The position numbers and the translations under genes were made by a program. A DNA stretch of 63,260 nt, the filler included, from Collodictyon triciliatum (Eukaryota): NCBI GenBank assembly GCA_043381765.1. It is 5 parts of 5 records of this genome, joined end to end, with 100 filler letters (N's around TTAATTAATTAA, not from the genome) between each part and the next. Parts side by side here need not be neighbours in the genome. Positions count along the whole stretch, not along the records: positions 51,901 to 63,260 come from JBHJMP010002060.1; 4 more parts are not named here. One strand, given 5' to 3'. Of this stretch, positions 58,301-63,260 are shown piece after piece. The notes beneath the pieces were generated by a model. That model saw only the letters and a list, made by a program, of their open reading frames with translations, was not told where the DNA came from and made no database searches. How positions within the stretch are numbered: position 1 is the stretch's first letter; the number at the start of each line of letters is the position of its first letter.

Positions 58301-61300
58301 CTGAGCAGGTTCATGATGGAGTGCTCCGTGCCAGATTCAAATTGGCGGCTCTTTACTCATTTCATAAGAAAACGGCCCAAATGAAAGAGATGCAGCGACT
58401 TATTTCAAAGACGCCCATTGAAGACCTTGTCTCAATCTGGAGAGAGCTGGAGAGCCACAAAACTCCAGACATTTGGGAAATTAACGACAGATGGTCCAAC
58501 ATAAACTATCTTCCTCCCACAATGAAGGATTTGCTCTACAGATTCCTGTTGACAATACCTGGCATGGAGCAGCATATTTCTTATGACAAGCAAGCAGACG
58601 ACGAGATTGTGAATACAAAGGAATCGTACCCAGAAGTCCGCCGAAGCGTGCGAGATGAGGTTTATTCCCAGAGTTCATCCGGGTATGATGCAAACTCGAA
58701 GGGCGTTACCTTTGGAAACAGAAGATTCCACCAATTGGATGTGGATACTCAGAAGGCAGCTTTTTTGTCCTCCACATCCCCCAATAGCCATACCAAGTCT
58801 AACCGACACGCTTACTTTGTTCGTGCGATGTTTTCGAAATTCAATCCATTCTACCAAGGCGCAGATAAAATCCGGGCAAATTTTTCTAAAAGGTCAATAC
58901 TTGAAAACAGAAAGTTTGGCTACATTTTTACAAATGAATCTAGGCAGCTATTTTTTGTTCTGAGCTCTCTGGGCTTAATATTTGCCTTCCTGATCTATTG
59001 CATGATAGATGCCCTAGGAAACGATGAAATTGATTCCAGGGAAATTGGAGGCCTTGGTGAGATTATGGCTGTCATTCTTACAGTTGTTCTAACTGTGACA
59101 GCAATATTTGTCAATATCGCTGCCAGTCGCTTCACTCCTGCCGTGATTTCTCTCTTCTTGTACAACCCTGCGATTCATGGGATGCTTAGCTTCTTTGTGA
59201 TGGGCACATTTTACATCACTTTGGTCGACTTGACTGTTGGTGCAGAGAATTCCTCCAGTAGAACACTTTTCATTTCCATCCTAATTGCCACAATTTCAAT
59301 CCTCATGTTCATCCCATACTTTACACTCTTGTTTAGCATGCTTGACCCGCCCCGAATCATCACCATGATAGTTGAAAATGGGCTTGGCTTTACAAGCATG
59401 AAGAAGGTGAAGGAGATTGAAAAGGCTCAACAAGAATGCATGACGACCATCGAGCAACTGTCCAATCTGGGGCTCAAAGTGATGCAATTTAATGAAAGAA
59501 ACATGGCCTTCCTTGTGGTTGACTCTATTTCATCATACTGCAAACAATATGGGGAGTACAAGGATGCATTATATTCTGAATGGCATCGCGTGCAACCTTG
59601 GATGAGGCAAAACTCTGACCTAATCACACTCTCTGATGAAACAGTCGCACGACTGGCTCAGTCTCATACGTGGGTTGAATGGAAAGTCTTGCGTCATCTG
59701 CAGCTAATGTTTGGCTCTGCGATGGGACCCTTGGTCGATTTGTGTAATGTCATCGGAATGCACACATGCGGGATTGCCAGGGAGGCCGTGAAGAGGGGTG
59801 ATTTGCCTGTCCTTGATTTGTGCATTACATTCATGAACACATACTTGAGAATGGCGCTCAGCAGAAAAGAACCCGACGCCGCCCTGAATGTCATATATCA
59901 CTACCGACGTCTTGCTTGTTTCCTCGTGCGAATGTCCAAAAGCCGAAATGTCACAATAGAGGAGTTTTTTTCACGAAAGGTTGTCCAAATAGGCGAGTTT
60001 TTCTCATTCTACGGTACTCTGTTTAATGATGCATCCATGCTCTTCCTAGCACAAACAGTGGCATATGAATTGGGATCCATTTGCGAATATTCACTAGAAC
60101 TTAATTTCAAGAATGAGAGCCTCATCTTTAAGATACTGATGGAATATGTTGACCGAACACAAAAAAAGAATCCAAAGGTTTTGCGCTCTCTGGTTAAGCT
60201 CGGAACCTGGTATTTACAAAGCAGCAAGCAGGATTTCTCATCCAGGCTTATCTCAGAGATTGAAAATCAAGGCTATTATGATTACATTCAAGCGTCTTGC
60301 ATAGATCTGCTTCGGGCTCAACTGTCCTCACGTGGTGGTCATCGTTGGTTGGCCTCTGCCGCCAGCCAGTCATCTCAGACATTTGACGTCTACGAAATCA
60401 ATGACCCAGGCTTTGGGCGATTCAAGGATGGGCAGATTGAGATGATTGAAACATTTATGATTGGCTTCTCAAAGTATGGACATGAGACGCCACAGGTGAT
60501 GAAGGATTTGATCCTCGCTTGTAGGAAACCAGCATATCTACTCTCAGCAGCAAAGAAAGAAGATAGTCAAATCAGCTACCTGCCTGGTTATGACGACGCA
60601 TCAACAAACTCCAAAGATCTTTTTGTGACAGACCATTTATATTTGTCTTCTTCGACCACAAAATCAGATCAACAACGCCACGCATATTCGTCACGGCTTG
60701 GAAGCATCAGTACAAAGCGCGCCTTATCTATAGTTTTGCCCATCATTTCATTCATACTGGTAATCCCAGCGTTTATGGAAATTCGTTCAGGAGAGCTTAA
60801 CTCATTTGTTTTTGATGCCTACTTTGACAACTATGCTCAGATGGCCTCGTCCTTAAGTCGCTTGAGTGAACAACACGCAGAAAAAACACGATTCATGTTT
60901 ATGGTGACTTTGACTGCTGCTCAGACATCCTGCCTTCGCTATTCGGGGATAGCCTCGTTGCATGTGGTCATCAACTTGGGGATATTTTCGGCACTTCTGT
61001 GGGTGATTATGGCGGTGATTATCCACGTCTGGATAAGCTATGTTGTGATGGAGTTTCAAGTCGTCGAGTGGATGATATATGTTTCTGTTCTTTGTTTATG
61101 CTTTACACTTCTTTTAATGTTCCCGTACTTTATATACATGTTGGAGCAGCTCGTGCCCATTACGATTGTGAAAAAGTCTTCAAAAATATGTCGGCAGGCT
61201 TTGAACATGACGCCCACGGAAATGACACAGAAGGAGGTCATCTTGAGCAGGCAGCTGAGGCTCATCAACACGGCTGAGTGCCTCACGGAGTTTGGGCTCC

Positions 61301-63072
61301 GTACATTGATGATGAATGACAAGTCCATATTTACTATAATCATCGAAGCATTTAGCGACATGGCGCTCACGTACGGGGAGTTCAAATCAGCCCTCCCTCA
61401 GAAATGGTTTGACCTGGACGAATACCACTTCCGAAGCGTGGATTATGTTTCCTTGAGCAAAATATCTCTCAAGGAATTGGTCCGGACTCGAACATGGTTT
61501 GAATGGAAAATCTTTCGCCAGCTCCTGATGCTGTACACCGAGAATGTCCGAAACTCTCGCGACCATCCACACCTGATTTCTTTGGCATGCTTTAAAATCG
61601 CTGTGTCTGCTGCTGACCGGAAGGATTTCGAGACCCTCGACCTGTCGTTCAAGTTCTTTAACACATTTATCCGAATAGCCATCAACGCGGGCGACCACCG
61701 CTCCGCGTCAATATCCATGGACAAGTACCGCCAATTAGGAGAATACATCACTCATCTAAGCAGCCCGTCCAGCTCCGTCTACGTCCTTCGCCAGAAATAC
61801 TCAAACACAGAGCGCAATGCGCTTCGCCAAAAGTTTGAAACCTGCGCCGTCCAGCTCACGCGCAACTTTCTGTACTACACGCAGGTTTTCCGCGAGAAAA
61901 AGATCCCAGTTCTGGAGGAAGTTGCAGCCTCGGACATGGAGTGTCTTGTTCGCCGTGCGCACGAGTATCGTTGCGGTTTCCATGAGTCAGTCCAGCAGTA
62001 CTTTTTCAGCCTGGCGAACGACTCCCTCTGCAACACGGGGACGGTGGCGGACGCCTTCGGCACAAACATGGACACGCCTGTCCTTCGCGGGGTAGTTCGC
62101 GCCCACATCAAACTCGCCACTCATTATCTCTCCATGAGCGACATCAACATGGCATGGACTGTGTACGGCAACATCCGCCACATCGGCTTCGAGCGCGTCG
62201 CCTCCATCATCCGCGAAATGAAGACGCTCCACACCAGCATCCTGTGGGAGCTTTTCAACTACCGCACGCGCGGCGACAACATCACGCTTGTGCAGAGCGC
62301 ACATCTCATCACATTCCTCAACTGGTTCCGAACTGACTCGCGCCACCAAGGCGTGGATGTGGAGCTCGAGTCGCAGCTCGTCCTTCACAACCACTACGCG
62401 TACATGCCTGTGGAGACCCTTTGTCTGCGTCCGGCCCCGCTCGACTTGTCTGTCCTCAACTCGTCCGCTGCAGACTTTATCGGCGAGCTGGACATCTCCG
62501 AAACGGAGGACGGCGTTCCGCAGTTGGGGGGCCATAAGAAAGTCTCGAACCTCTCTTCCGTCCTGTCAGAAATCAGCAACCCGGTCATGACCTACTCGTC
62601 CCGCTTGTCTGTGCGCACCGCGCCCGTGGTCGCCAGGACAGAGTCTGCCCCCGCAATCAACTTTGGAAACAGAGAGCTGCTCTACTCGTCCGGCCAGCAA
62701 AGCCAAGCCGACAATGCCGCGGGCGTGGGGCAGTCCCGCCGCAGCGATGGGTTTTCCAGCATGTTTTCAAAGCGTCCGTACAATCGCATGAGCTCGTCGT
62801 CCCATCGAAGCAGAAGCGGAAGCGGGAGTGGGAATCGACCTGGCCGGCCCATCGGCCTCCCAAGTGCAGGTTCGTTCTCACTTTCCTCCAGACTCAGTCT
62901 CGGAAGCTCCTCGCTGGATGAACAGCCGCTGCTGCAGAACGAATCGTCCAGTCTTTCTCGCAATGACGAGTCGTATGGTGCCGTGGTTGGGTCGCCTCCC
63001 AGAAGAACCGGCGGCTTTCGCGCCCGCACGGAAAACAGTATGGGTCTTCTCTATAAGAAGCTCAAAGAGTAG
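52306..63072 (+). CDS. Giant membrane protein of about 3326 aa with five tandem DUF2254-like modules
   Basis: Exons 52306-53040, 53154-54346, 54560-54799, 55093-56622 and 56790-63072 total 9981 nt with all phases consistent. Transmembrane blocks and WxEWK and FNxYLRxAL motifs recur five times. The frame is open upstream of 52306, so the start is uncertain. Confidence 0.8.
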
Positions 63073-63260
63073 CCCGACTGTTTTTTTTCCTAGGGAAGTC
63101 GGCCGGTTGACTCCTTTGGGACTCTTCCTGCTTCCCAGTTTCTATTCTCTCCTTCTCTCTTTCTCTCCCCCCTTTTTTTTTTTTTTTTTTTTCCCTTTTT
63201 TATTTTTTCCTTTTCTTTTTCCAAAAAAAAAAAAAAAAAAAAACATAAAAAAAAAACAAA

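Overview
Intron-rich eukaryotic (protist-like) genomic DNA using the standard genetic code. It is built from five pieces joined by artificial N44-TTAATTAATTAA-N44 linkers and contains further N gaps and many microsatellites. Genes were reconstructed by hand from splice sites and recalled protein motifs; no database search was run. In order: the 3' part of a NACHT/NPHP3-like TPR gene with one repeat per 126-nt exon, a membrane protein fused to a START-like domain, Rad54, an ankyrin protein, a trypsin plus a truncated duplicate, histidyl-tRNA synthetase with an N-terminal ammonia-lyase-like domain lacking the MIO motif, a STAT-like linker-SH2-Tyr exon, an LRR pseudogene, ADAT2/Tad2, a PP2C with a 3x28-aa insert, and a spliced LpxC. 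Two non-LTR retroelement families have left ultra-short 3' ends with target-site duplications. The most striking feature is at 52306-63072: five ORF-track ORFs splice into one gene of about 3326 aa made of five divergent tandem copies of a bacterial DUF2254-like membrane module, a candidate single-chain pseudo-pentameric channel or transporter.
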